DNA of 64,000 nucleotides, from positions 11,881 through 75,880 of the forward strand of contig JBAZZY010000010.1 of the NCBI GenBank assembly GCA_041658565.1, in the 5' to 3' direction. A program made the position numbers and the translations under genes. Positions 18,208-27,462 of this stretch are shown here, piece after piece. Origin of the DNA: Actinomycetota bacterium (GTDB lineage: Bacteria; Actinomycetota; AC-67). Each line of letters begins with the position of its first letter. Position 1 is the first letter of the stretch. The notes under the pieces were generated by a model that did no database searches, had not been told where the DNA came from, and saw only the letters and a list, made by a program, of their open reading frames with translations.

Positions 18208-20679
18208 GTGCGTCGATTCATTTGCTTGTCCGCGCTTCTCACGTGCGCGCTGGTGTCGTTCGTTACCATTCCCGCGCGCGCATTGTCGCTGACGACTGTC
18301 GTCGTCACTTTCGACACCCGGCCGACCGCCGACATGCTCGCCGAGGTCTCCGGTGTCGCCGTTGCCGTCCACGGGTTCAAGCATCTGCCGGCCGCGGTCG
18401 CCGTCGTGGCGCCGGGCGACGCAGGCCTGCTGGCGAACCTGCCGAGCGTGCGCCGCGTGTATCCGAACCGGGCCTTCACGTACCTGCTGCGGCAATCGAC
18501 GCGCACGGTCCGAGCAGACCAGGCATGGGACCTCGGGTACAACGGCGCGGGAATCGGGGTGGCGGTAATCGACGCCGGCGTCGATGGGTCGCGTCCCGAT
18601 CTTTGCGCCGCGCCGCAATTCTGCACCGGCACGGCCGTCAAGACCGTGCAGAACGTGAAGTTCGTCGGACGCCAGGACCTCGGCGTGGATCCGGTGTTGG
18701 TCCTTGAGGACCAGATAAACACCGACACGTCTTCCGGACACGGTTCCCACGTTGCCGGGATCGTCGGCTCCTGGGGCGTCTCCAGCGCCTACGAAGACGG
18801 CAAGTACCGCGGCGTCGCGTGGGGCGCGGACATCATCGGGCTCGGAACCGGTGAAGTCGCCACCGTCGACAACGTTCTCGCAGCCTACGACTGGGTCATC
18901 GCACACAGAGACGAGTACAACATCCGGGTCATCAACAACTCGTGGGGCCCGGGCGCCGGCGCACCCTTCGACCCCGAGGATCCGGTCCAGCGCGCAACGA
19001 CGGCCGCGCACGACGCGGGGATCGCCGTCGTTTTCGCGGCCGGCAACGAAGGCCCCACCACCGACACTCTCAATGCGTTCTCGGCGAACCCGGATGCGAT
19101 TTCAGTCGCGGCCGGGATGAAGGGCGGCCAGATCGCGTTCTTCTCCTCGCGCGGCGTGCCCGGCAGTTCCTTCTGGCACCCGACGGTCACCGCACCCGGG
19201 TACTTCATCGCCTCGGTCCGTGCCTCGACGGGCTTCTACGGCGACGTCGCCGACGCAACTGCGGGACCCAACCCGGATCTCGTGACCCCGCCGGACGACG
19301 TCTACTACGCGACATCCAGCGGCACGTCCATGGCGGCACCCCACGTCGCCGGCATCGTCGCGCTGATGCAGCAGGCTTCGTTCCAGAGTCGCGGCGCCTA
19401 CCTCACTCCCGACCAAATCAAGAACATCCTGCAGAACACCGCGGTTTCGAACGACCCGGCGCGCGGTTCCGGCGGTCTTCCCAACTACCAGCGGTACACC
19501 ATGGGAGCCGGCTACGCGGATGCGCTTGCCGCCACGACCGCGGCAGCTGCGGGCACGATGACTTCGGCATACAACCCACACACCGTCTACGACGTCCGGA
19601 CCTTCTCCGGCGACATCGGACCGTCGACGGTGTTCGGGGTGTCGCAATCCGTCACCTCGACCTTCCAGGTCAACGCCGGCGCGATCTCACTGGACGCGAT
19701 GATCGACTGGTCGCAGAAGGCGAACGGCCTCGATTTGGAGCTATACAACCCGTCGGGTGCGCTCGCGCACTCCACGTTCCTTCAGTGCAACCCCGACGCA
19801 GAGCCGAACGGCTTCTCGTGGTTCTGCACCCAAACCGCGAACCAGCGCATCGTGATCACGGCACCGGCTCCCGGCACGTGGACGGCCGTCGCACGCGGAA
19901 CGATCTCGGCCGTAGACACGGTCAGGGGCACGTGGTCCGCGGTCTACCCCGACACCACCACACTCCCACCCGCCCCGGCGCCGGCGTCGATCACAGTCGC
20001 TGCCTCGTCACCACCGGCGAGCACGACCGGTCAGAGCGCCGCGGGTCAAAGCGTCGCGTTCGTGGCCACCGTGCACGACGCGGCCGGCAATGCGCTGCCG
20101 AACGCACCGGTCGCATGGACGAGTTCGGGTGTGGGCCGAATCGAGTTTGGGGAGACCACGACGCACATCGACGGGACTGCCGACGCGTCTGCGCGAAGCG
20201 ACGTTGCCGGTAGCCAGACGATCACGGCATCCTCCGGGGAAGCAAGGGACTCGGCGAACCTCACGTGGATCGGCGTGACGTTGCCCGGCACCACGAGCAC
20301 GCCCGGCCGAGCGTCGGGCGGCGGTTGGATCCCCGGCGCCTCGTCACCCAAGAACACGTTTGGGTTCTGGTCCGAATACCGCGCCGAATGGACCGGCCCC
20401 CAAGGGGAAGTCTCGTTTAACGACCACGCCGATACAAAGGTGAAGGCGGCCGGCGTGAACCGACTCGAAATCACGGGGAGCACGGCAACGGTAACCGGCA
20501 CGGCGACCGTCAACGGCAGTTCGGGTTATCGCTTCCAGCTCACCATCGCCGACGACGGGACACCCGGTCACGGCAGCGACACATTCGACCTCCGGCTGAC
20601 CGCCGACCTGGACCCGCTGTGGACGTACCGGGCCACGGGAACGCTCCGGGGAGGCAATATCGTCGTGACGCGCGACTAG
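18208..20679 (+). CDS. Secreted subtilisin-like serine protease (S8) with C-terminal Ig-like/beta-sandwich extension
   Basis: Signal peptide. Catalytic triad contexts VAVIDAGVD, HGSHVAGIVGS, GTSMAAPHVAGIVALM. About 350-aa C-terminal extension. Confidence 0.85.
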   Translation: MRRFICLSALLTCALVSFVTIPARALSLTTVVVTFDTRPTADMLAEVSGVAVAVHGFKHLPAAVAVVAPGDAGLLANLPSVRRVYPNRAFTYLLRQSTRTVRADQAWDLGYNGAGIGVAVIDAGVDGSRPDLCAAPQFCTGTAVKTVQNVKFVGRQDLGVDPVLVLEDQINTDTSSGHGSHVAGIVGSWGVSSAYEDGKYRGVAWGADIIGLGTGEVATVDNVLAAYDWVIAHRDEYNIRVINNSWGPGAGAPFDPEDPVQRATTAAHDAGIAVVFAAGNEGPTTDTLNAFSANPDAISVAAGMKGGQIAFFSSRGVPGSSFWHPTVTAPGYFIASVRASTGFYGDVADATAGPNPDLVTPPDDVYYATSSGTSMAAPHVAGIVALMQQASFQSRGAYLTPDQIKNILQNTAVSNDPARGSGGLPNYQRYTMGAGYADALAATTAAAAGTMTSAYNPHTVYDVRTFSGDIGPSTVFGVSQSVTSTFQVNAGAISLDAMIDWSQKANGLDLELYNPSGALAHSTFLQCNPDAEPNGFSWFCTQTANQRIVITAPAPGTWTAVARGTISAVDTVRGTWSAVYPDTTTLPPAPAPASITVAASSPPASTTGQSAAGQSVAFVATVHDAAGNALPNAPVAWTSSGVGRIEFGETTTHIDGTADASARSDVAGSQTITASSGEARDSANLTWIGVTLPGTTSTPGRASGGGWIPGASSPKNTFGFWSEYRAEWTGPQGEVSFNDHADTKVKAAGVNRLEITGSTATVTGTATVNGSSGYRFQLTIADDGTPGHGSDTFDLRLTADLDPLWTYRATGTLRGGNIVVTRD

Positions 20680-20729
20680 CCCTACAACTACGCCGGCACT
20701 CCGGCTCGTCGCATCCCCGCCACTCGCCG

Positions 20730-23303
20730 TCATCTCGCGGCGGGACCGGCGAGCGCGAGGTGCGGGGCGTATGTCCGGTCCAAACGGGCGTCACTGTGCA
20801 CACGCGCCGGCCAGGTCTGGTCCAGAACCGCAGCGATGTGCTCGGCGGCGAGCGGCTTGCTCAGCAAGTAGCCCTGCGCGACGTCGCATCCCAGGGCGCT
20901 CAGTCGGTTCCACGCAAGCTCGGTCTCGACTCCCTCCGCAACGACGCGAAGACCGAGCGTCCGTCCAAGGTCGATGATCGAACGCACGATAACGGCGTCG
21001 TCCTCGTCGGCCGTCATGCCCATGACGAACGAGCGATCGATCTTGATCTCGTCTACAGGCAGTCGCTGCAGATACGACAGAGAGGAATACCCGGTGCCGA
21101 AGTCGTCGATCGAGATCGCAATCCCCATCGAACTCAACCGGGACAGGGTGCCGATCGATCGCGCCGGGTCGGTCATGATGTTCGTCTCGGTGACCTCGAG
21201 AGTGAGCGACGACGGATGAACTCCGGCGTCACGCAGGCGTCGCGCGATCTGATCCGGGAGCCCTTGATCCAGCAGCGTTCGTGCGGAGAGGTTGACGGCC
21301 ACACTCAGGTGGCGCCCGGCCGCCGACCACTTGGCGGATTGGCGAAGCGCGGCATCGAGCACCCAGTAGGTCAACGGACCGATCAAGCCGGTCTGCTCGG
21401 CGAGCGGAATGAAGTCGTCCGGCGAGACGAGGCCGCGACGGGGATGATTCCAGCGCACGAGCGCTTCGACGCCGGTGACCACGCCGCTGTCGATATCGGC
21501 CTTCGGCTGGAAGAACAGCATCAGCTCGTCCGATTCGATCGCATGCCGCAACTCGCCGACCAGGGCCAGCCGCGCGGGACTGTAGGGGTCGCGCTCGGGC
21601 GCGTAGATCTGCGCGCCGGCCTGCTCGCCCTTCGCGAAGTACATGGCGACGTCGGCGCGCTGCATCAAGGTGTCGGAGTCCTCACCGTGTTCGGGATACA
21701 GCGCGATGCCGATGCTCGCGCCGACGGTGATCGTAACCTCCTGCAGAACGATGGGCTGCTCGAGTGTGGCGCGCACGGCCTCGGCGACGCGCAGAGCGTC
21801 GACGGTGTCGGAAAGCCTCGGCAGGACGACGGCGAACTCGTCGCCTCCCAGCCTGGCAACGGTGTCACCTTCTCGCAACGAACCACGCAACCGGCGCGCC
21901 ATCTCCTGCAACAGCAGATCTCCGTTGTGATGGCCGAGTGTGTCGTTGACTTCCTTGAAACGATCCAGATCGATCATCATGATGGCGACTTGGTCTCCGG
22001 CGCGCGCGGCGGCCAGGACCGCTTGCCGCGTGCGATCACGGAGCAGCGTTCGATTAGGCAGGCCGGTCAGCGCGTCGTGAAGGGCTTGATGCTGGTTCTG
22101 CTCTGCCTGGATCTTGAGCCGATCCACGAGTTCGCCGTTGTGAACCATCGCGCTCGCGTGATTGGCAAACGTTTCGAAGAGCTTCAGGTCCTCGTGGTCG
22201 AAAGTGCCGACGTCCCCGAGGCGGTTGCGGACCATGATCGTTCCGGCAACCTTGTTCGCGACGTACAGCGGCGCCACCATCGCGTCGCGGATCCCCTGCG
22301 ACTCGAAATGCTCACGGAGGCGCTCGTTCTTGATCGGGCGAGGTATCAGCACCGCCTGCGCTTCCGACGCAACACGCGCCCACACGCCCTCGCCGGGATC
22401 AGGCCGCGCGGGCTCGGTAACGACATCGCCACCGTCGGCCCGGACGTACGTGCTCGTCGCTTCATGCTCCTCGTTCGCAAAGGCGACAACCTCCGCCGAT
22501 TCCGCATTGAACATCGCGCAGAGTTGCCGCAGTATCTCGGGGATGATGGAGCCCTCTTCGAGGGGCTTCTCGACGATGCGCGTCGAGTCGTAGAGAAGCT
22601 CGAGACTTCCGTACCGCTGCCGGGTCGTGACGTACGCGCGGTAGGTGACGATCATGACGGCGGCCGCGATCGTCAGCAGCCATGCCGCGCGCGAGTCGTG
22701 CCAGATCACCGTTGCAGCCAGAAGCGCAAGGCCGGTATTGGTCGCGGTGGCAACCAGCCCGAGTCCCGGGAGACCGCGAAGGGCATGCCACACCAATCGT
22801 CCTTCGAGCAGCGAAACCGCGAGAGTGATCATCAATGCCGACGCGAGATCGATCGTGAGCGTGGCGCCGAGCGCGGCCGCCCACCACCGGGGCCCGAGGG
22901 GCTCGGAGGCACTCGCGAAGCACTGGAAGACGACGACGGCCAGCGTGGTACCGATCGCGTACTGGCTCAGGTTGAAGACGAACTTGACCAGCGGTTGCCT
23001 GCGGTGGATCGCGAGCGCCACCGCTGATCCGGTGACGAGGGCCAAGATCAGCTCCGACGGCGGAGCGAAGAGCAATCCCAGGACGATCGGCAATTCGCTG
23101 ATCGAGAACGAGTGCGTGTCCCTGCGGACGTGCACATGCACGGCGAAGATCTCAGCCAGGCAGAACATCGCCGCAAGGAGCGTCCAGTGGATCCGGACGG
23201 GGGCACCGACCGGCGCCAACCCGCGGGTAACCCACACGTAGCCGGCCGCGGCAAGACAAGCCAAGAGTACGTTCAGGATCCAGACCCGGCGCGAACCGCA
23301 CAT
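20730..23303 (-). CDS. Membrane-bound GGDEF-EAL protein (diguanylate cyclase/phosphodiesterase) with N-terminal polytopic sensor domain and GAF-like linker
   Basis: Six or more TM helices. RLGGDEFAVVLP (GGDEF). EALVRW…DDFGTGYSSL (EAL). The N-terminal TM domain contains RRQPLVKFVFNLSQYAIG, homologous to the histidine kinase at 37795..39693. Confidence 0.85.
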   Translation of the reverse strand: MCGSRRVWILNVLLACLAAAGYVWVTRGLAPVGAPVRIHWTLLAAMFCLAEIFAVHVHVRRDTHSFSISELPIVLGLLFAPPSELILALVTGSAVALAIHRRQPLVKFVFNLSQYAIGTTLAVVVFQCFASASEPLGPRWWAAALGATLTIDLASALMITLAVSLLEGRLVWHALRGLPGLGLVATATNTGLALLAATVIWHDSRAAWLLTIAAAVMIVTYRAYVTTRQRYGSLELLYDSTRIVEKPLEEGSIIPEILRQLCAMFNAESAEVVAFANEEHEATSTYVRADGGDVVTEPARPDPGEGVWARVASEAQAVLIPRPIKNERLREHFESQGIRDAMVAPLYVANKVAGTIMVRNRLGDVGTFDHEDLKLFETFANHASAMVHNGELVDRLKIQAEQNQHQALHDALTGLPNRTLLRDRTRQAVLAAARAGDQVAIMMIDLDRFKEVNDTLGHHNGDLLLQEMARRLRGSLREGDTVARLGGDEFAVVLPRLSDTVDALRVAEAVRATLEQPIVLQEVTITVGASIGIALYPEHGEDSDTLMQRADVAMYFAKGEQAGAQIYAPERDPYSPARLALVGELRHAIESDELMLFFQPKADIDSGVVTGVEALVRWNHPRRGLVSPDDFIPLAEQTGLIGPLTYWVLDAALRQSAKWSAAGRHLSVAVNLSARTLLDQGLPDQIARRLRDAGVHPSSLTLEVTETNIMTDPARSIGTLSRLSSMGIAISIDDFGTGYSSLSYLQRLPVDEIKIDRSFVMGMTADEDDAVIVRSIIDLGRTLGLRVVAEGVETELAWNRLSALGCDVAQGYLLSKPLAAEHIAAVLDQTWPARVHSDARLDRTYAPHLALAGPAAR

Positions 23304-23306
23304 AAC

Positions 23307-25055
23307 CTAATCCCAGCTCCTCGCGGACCAGCCCTCGTCGGACCACGACCGGCCCGACCAGGATCTGCCCGACCAGGATCTGCCCGACCAGGACCTGCCG
23401 GACCAGGTTCGGCCGTCCCAGGTGTTGTCCGACCACGTGCGGCCCGACCACGTGCGGCCGGCGAAATCGTTCGCCGTCCAAGTCGCTCCCGCCCAGTCGA
23501 CGGTGCGCCAGACGCCACCCACCCACGTGACGCCTCGCAGGAACTGGTCGGTCCACGCCACGGCATCCCAGCCGACGCCGAAGAGGTCCTGCTCCCCGGT
23601 CAGTGCGACCGTGCCGTCCACGATGCGCAGTGAGCCGCGCGCCGCCTCAAGCGACCCAAGTCCCGTCGCGGGAACAAAGAGCTGCTTGGTCAGCAGCGCC
23701 GAAGGCGTCGTCTTGCCGAGCGCGACCTTGAGGTCGAGTGCACCCGCGCCTTGCGCCGCAACGGTTGCGCTCGGGATCTTCGTCGCCGATTGCCTCAATA
23801 GGGCCTTGATTTGATCCGGCGAGATGGTGGGCCGCTGTTGGAGGATCAAGGCTGCGGCGCCGGAAACGACGGCGGTCGCTTGTGAAGATCCGCTGCCTCG
23901 GAAGAACCGCCCACCGACGCGCGCAGATGGGAAGAGCTGGTCGATGTCCGATGCCGGGACGCGCAGTGACGCGACCGAAGTCCCCGGAGCAACGACGTCG
24001 GGGTTGCGCACACCGTCTCCCCGGCTGGACCACGACGGGATCGTCGCGTCGCTCGTGCCGTACAGCCCGCCCGGATCGGTGTACCCACCCACCGCGATGA
24101 CGTAAGGATCAATGGCCGGGTTCGTCATCCCGATGCTCTCGCCGCCGCGATTGCCGGCAGACACCACGACGACCAGACCCTTGCGCCAGGCAACTTCGGC
24201 CGCATAGGACAGCGGGTCAAGAAGGTAGCTCTGCAGACCGTAGCTTCCGAACGAAAGGTTCAAGACTCGGATGTTCAGACCGTCGCTCCTTGTGTGGTTG
24301 ACGACCCAGTCGATGCCGGCGATCACTTGAGAAACGTCCGTCCACCCTTGCGCGTCGGCCACCTTCACGCTCACAACGCGCGCGTCGGGAGCGATGCCGA
24401 GGAAGCGACTGGTGTTGCCGGCCTTCACCGCCGTGGCCGAATCGCGTCCGGCGATGATGCCCGCCATGTGCGTGCCGTGACCGAACGCATCTTTGTTGCG
24501 TAGGTTCGGCGCCTGCGACTCCACGGAGAAGTCCGGACCGTAGACAACCTTTCCGGCGTCGTTGAGGCCTTGCACGTTCGCAACGCCGGAGTCGATCAAC
24601 GCAACGTCGACTCCTTTGCCCGTGAAACCCTTGGCCCAGTAGCTGCTCGCGCCGGTGACTTTCTGCGCGATCGTGTAAAGGGAATATGGATCGGTGCCGG
24701 CGTCGTACCCGTTGGTCGCGGCGGCAAGCTGCACACGCCCGTTGCGGGTGACCGCCAAGATCCCGGACTCGGCGCTGAGACGATCCAACGACGCGCGCGG
24801 CACCTCGGCGACGAGGCCGCCGATAATGCCGATGCGGCGGACGGTGATGCCGCCTTCGCGCTCAACCGCGCGCTCGGCAGCCTGGGGCGATCCCGGAAGC
24901 GTACGCACGATCACCGAGACCATGTCCACGGTCGACGACGATCCGGACCGCGTGTCGCCCCAGGAACTGATCGCCAAGACGGCGACAATCAGTGAGGCTG
25001 CAACCGCGGACCTGCGACTCAGGCGCCTCTTCCCCATCCGTGCGTTCGCGTCCAT
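23307..25055 (-). CDS. Secreted S8 subtilase with I9 propeptide and C-terminal (G-R-S/T-W-S)n tryptophan-pentapeptide repeat tail
   Basis: Signal peptide MGKRRLSRRSAVAASLIVAVLA. Triad contexts VALIDSGV, HGTHMAGIIAG, GSSQATAVVSGAAALI. C-terminus GRTWSGRTWSDNTWDGRTWSGRSWSGRSWSGRSWSGRSWSDEGWSARSWD. The ORF extends to 25151. Confidence 0.8.
   Translation of the reverse strand: MDANARMGKRRLSRRSAVAASLIVAVLAISSWGDTRSGSSSTVDMVSVIVRTLPGSPQAAERAVEREGGITVRRIGIIGGLVAEVPRASLDRLSAESGILAVTRNGRVQLAAATNGYDAGTDPYSLYTIAQKVTGASSYWAKGFTGKGVDVALIDSGVANVQGLNDAGKVVYGPDFSVESQAPNLRNKDAFGHGTHMAGIIAGRDSATAVKAGNTSRFLGIAPDARVVSVKVADAQGWTDVSQVIAGIDWVVNHTRSDGLNIRVLNLSFGSYGLQSYLLDPLSYAAEVAWRKGLVVVVSAGNRGGESIGMTNPAIDPYVIAVGGYTDPGGLYGTSDATIPSWSSRGDGVRNPDVVAPGTSVASLRVPASDIDQLFPSARVGGRFFRGSGSSQATAVVSGAAALILQQRPTISPDQIKALLRQSATKIPSATVAAQGAGALDLKVALGKTTPSALLTKQLFVPATGLGSLEAARGSLRIVDGTVALTGEQDLFGVGWDAVAWTDQFLRGVTWVGGVWRTVDWAGATWTANDFAGRTWSGRTWSDNTWDGRTWSGRSWSGRSWSGRSWSGRSWSDEGWSARSWD
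23310..23459 (-). repeat. 15-bp-period tandem repeat encoding 10 Trp-pentapeptides (GR[ST]WS) at the subtilase C-terminus
   Basis: …cccgaccaggatctgcccgaccaggatctgcccgaccaggacctgccggaccagg… Strict 15-nt periodicity. Confidence 0.85.
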
Positions 25056-25202
25056 AGCAATGCCTCCGCGTCGTTCTCGTACGTCTATGTACGGAGCCCA
25101 CCAATCCCGGAAACATGGCCTCCCGCCGTCATTCCACGCGCGCGCAGCCACTACGCGAGCTATCGATCTCTCTAACTACGCCGGCGTGATCGCTCCATGC
25201 TT

Positions 25203-25222
25203 CATGAGGCGGCTGCCTCATG
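25203..25222. promoter_or_regulatory. 20-bp dyad catgaggc-N4-gcctcatg in the divergent intergenic region between the W-tailed subtilase and the LuxR-type regulator; candidate LuxR/FixJ-family box
   Basis: Perfect 8-bp inverted arms. Each arm contains the self-palindrome tcatga. Confidence 0.3.
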
Positions 25223-25276
25223 AGGCAGGGGCCTCCGCAGGCCGACTCTGATCATTGAGGGCTTTGTATTGACGAG

Positions 25277-25969
25277 GTGGTCCGTGTGCGCATCCTGCTG
25301 ATCGACGAAGACGCATCCACGATCGAGTTGTGCCGACTCGCCTTCGAGTCGGAACGGCATGACCTAAGGGCCGCGCCCGCGGATCGCGATGCCATTCGTG
25401 CGGCGGTCGCTCCTCACGTCGATGCGATCATCCTCGACAGTGCGTCCACCGGCATCCGAGACGGAGAAGACCTGATCGAGATGCTGCGATCCATCGAGGG
25501 CGCGCGCGCGACGCCGTTCGTCGTACTGACGGCGCGCGCGCGTCTGGAAGACGAGATCCGAGCGTGGGAAAGAGGTTCGGATGCGTTTGTGCGCAAGCCG
25601 TTCTCACCCGTCGGCCTGATCGACGTGGTAGTCGCGGTCGCCGACATGACGCCGAAGGAGCGGTGCGTGAGGAGAAACGCGATGCTCCGCCGAGTCCGAG
25701 CCGTGCACGATCGAGTCGCATGGGCCCGTGAGGAGCGAAGGATGCACGCGGGGCTGGGATCCCTTACTCCGGTCGAGCGTCGCGTCGCGAATCTGGTCGT
25801 GGAAGGCGTGCGCCTCAAGCCGGCTTGCGCGCGCCTCGGCGTCGCGGAAGGCACGTACTGGGCCCACAAAGGCGCCATCCGCCGGAAGCTCTCCGTCCCG
25901 CGCAACGAACCACTCGAGTCATTCCTGCGTCGCCTGGGATCGCCTTCAGAGTGTCAACGCGTCGGCTGA
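25277..25969 (+). CDS. Two-component response regulator, receiver plus LuxR/GerE-type HTH (NarL/FixJ family); GTG start
   Basis: Receiver-like N-terminus (RILLIDED…). C-terminal HTH LTPVERRVANLVVEGVRLKPACARLGVAEGTYWAHKGAIRRKL. Confidence 0.8.
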   Translation: MVRVRILLIDEDASTIELCRLAFESERHDLRAAPADRDAIRAAVAPHVDAIILDSASTGIRDGEDLIEMLRSIEGARATPFVVLTARARLEDEIRAWERGSDAFVRKPFSPVGLIDVVVAVADMTPKERCVRRNAMLRRVRAVHDRVAWAREERRMHAGLGSLTPVERRVANLVVEGVRLKPACARLGVAEGTYWAHKGAIRRKLSVPRNEPLESFLRRLGSPSECQRVG

Positions 25970-26033
25970 CCGGATCCGGCCGGTGCCTCCTGTCAGAAAC
26001 CCTCGCGCGCGGCGCGGTGGCAGACACTCCGCG

Positions 26034-26420
26034 TCAGATCTGCTGGACGGCCACGCCGTCCGCGCGCGCGGCGAGCGCACGCAGGTCCGTCAGATCTTGA
26101 GTGAGGACGATCCCATCGGACTCGGCCATGGCAACAACGATGGCATCGACGGCTGAGCCGCGTCGCGCGCGCGCGCGAAGAGCTGCCGCGCGTCGTGCGA
26201 TCGCCACGGAAACCTGCTCTTCGACGAGACACATCTTCAGGAATCGATTGGCGTTCGCATCACAGCCCGCATGACCCGCGAGTGACTCGACGAGCACCGG
26301 TGAGGGAACCACGGGAGGCCACATCCCAACTTCCCGAAGGGCGGTGATGCGCGCAACCGCCATCGTCGATCGCTCCGCCAGGCGCGAGACCGCACCGGAA
26401 TCCAACACGACTCCGCTCAA
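26034..26420 (-). CDS. vapC: PIN-domain toxin (VapC-like)
   Basis: 128 aa. N-terminal VVLDSGAV acidic start and overall PIN-like acidic residue spacing. Immediately downstream of an RHH antitoxin gene. Confidence 0.6.
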   Translation of the reverse strand: MSGVVLDSGAVSRLAERSTMAVARITALREVGMWPPVVPSPVLVESLAGHAGCDANANRFLKMCLVEEQVSVAIARRAAALRARARRGSAVDAIVVAMAESDGIVLTQDLTDLRALAARADGVAVQQI

Positions 26421-26666
26421 TCAGCCGGCCTTCGATCTCCGACTGGTCGCGCGCTTTGCGAGCGACCGCGCCGCGCGCCACTCGGCCGGCGAGGGTTCCC
26501 CCACCTCGGCCACGAGATCTGCCAGGTAGTGCTCGGTGTGCAACTCCGCAGCCCGTCGCCTGACCTCCGCGCGCACAGCGTCCTGGAGCAACTGCGAGGC
26601 GGGAAGGCCGTGCTCCTTGAGTTCCCGGTAGAGATCGGCCGGCAAGTACACCTGAACCCGTGGCAT
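26421..26666 (-). CDS. vapB: Ribbon-helix-helix antitoxin (VapB/CopG-like)
   Basis: MPRVQVYLPADLYRELKEHGLPASQLLQDAVRAEV is a classic RHH N-terminus. Start at this Met rather than the ORF's upstream Met. Confidence 0.6.
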   Translation of the reverse strand: MPRVQVYLPADLYRELKEHGLPASQLLQDAVRAEVRRRAAELHTEHYLADLVAEVGEPSPAEWRAARSLAKRATSRRSKAG

Positions 26667-26719
26667 ACGCCTAACTATACACCCTAGAGACGACCAGCGT
26701 CTGCAGGGCATTCAAGACT

Positions 26720-27418
26720 TCATCCGGTCGGCACTCGATCATCGGGTTGGAAGAAGACGAATCGCTCCCACGCCTCCGGATAGCATCCGCGGACCCCTTC
26801 AGGAAGCTCGGTCACTTCCTCGGTCCGCAACATATCCACCGTGAGGGCCGACGACTGCTGACCAAGGCGACGCCCATCAAGCTCATAGGTAATGTCGACT
26901 CCCCGGACAACGTGATGCCCGGGCTGCTTTGCCCGCAAGAAGAACGCGACCGCGAACTTGTCTCCGACGTCCACCCGGAGGTTTCGGATGTTGTACGTCG
27001 GCCCAAACCCGGCGGGTGGCCAATGCGTACAGATGTATCCCGGGGACAGGCCTCCCGTTGTCACGTACCGATCGCTACGCAGGAAGTCGATGCGGGCCGC
27101 GAGCAGTTCCACCGAGTCCGGCATCTCATGAGGGCGCGCGCCAAGGAGCGTGACCAAACGCTGCACGGTGAAGACCTCGGCCTGAACGAATTCCACCACA
27201 TCCAGGGTGTTCGGAGACTCGACGAGGACGCGTGCGCTGCGGGACACCAGAGCATCGCCTTCCGCGGCCTGCTCGACCGCACCACCCCCGCTGCACGCCA
27301 CAAGCGCTACGAGGGCAATGATGAGGACGCGTTCGCTGCGGAACACCACTCCGCCTCCCGAAGACCCTCCCATGGCTCGCACGCTAACACGCGGCGGAAT
27401 GTCGCGGATCTTACGCAA
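26720..27418 (-). CDS. Hypothetical lipoprotein
   Basis: Lipobox LVALVACSGGG. No recognisable domain. Confidence 0.5.
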   Translation of the reverse strand: MRKIRDIPPRVSVRAMGGSSGGGVVFRSERVLIIALVALVACSGGGAVEQAAEGDALVSRSARVLVESPNTLDVVEFVQAEVFTVQRLVTLLGARPHEMPDSVELLAARIDFLRSDRYVTTGGLSPGYICTHWPPAGFGPTYNIRNLRVDVGDKFAVAFFLRAKQPGHHVVRGVDITYELDGRRLGQQSSALTVDMLRTEEVTELPEGVRGCYPEAWERFVFFQPDDRVPTG

Positions 27419-27462
27419 TGAGGGCCGCGCGAAGCGCGGCCCTCATTGCAGCGTTGCGCGCG

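Noticed and set aside
20619-23027. 802-aa plus-strand ORF
   Set aside because: Antisense shadow of the GGDEF-EAL gene. No domain signatures.
20687-25190. 12-mer aactacgccggc occurring at 20687 and 25179
   Set aside because: Two occurrences only. In a 70% GC genome this is compatible with chance, and there is no consistent position relative to genes.
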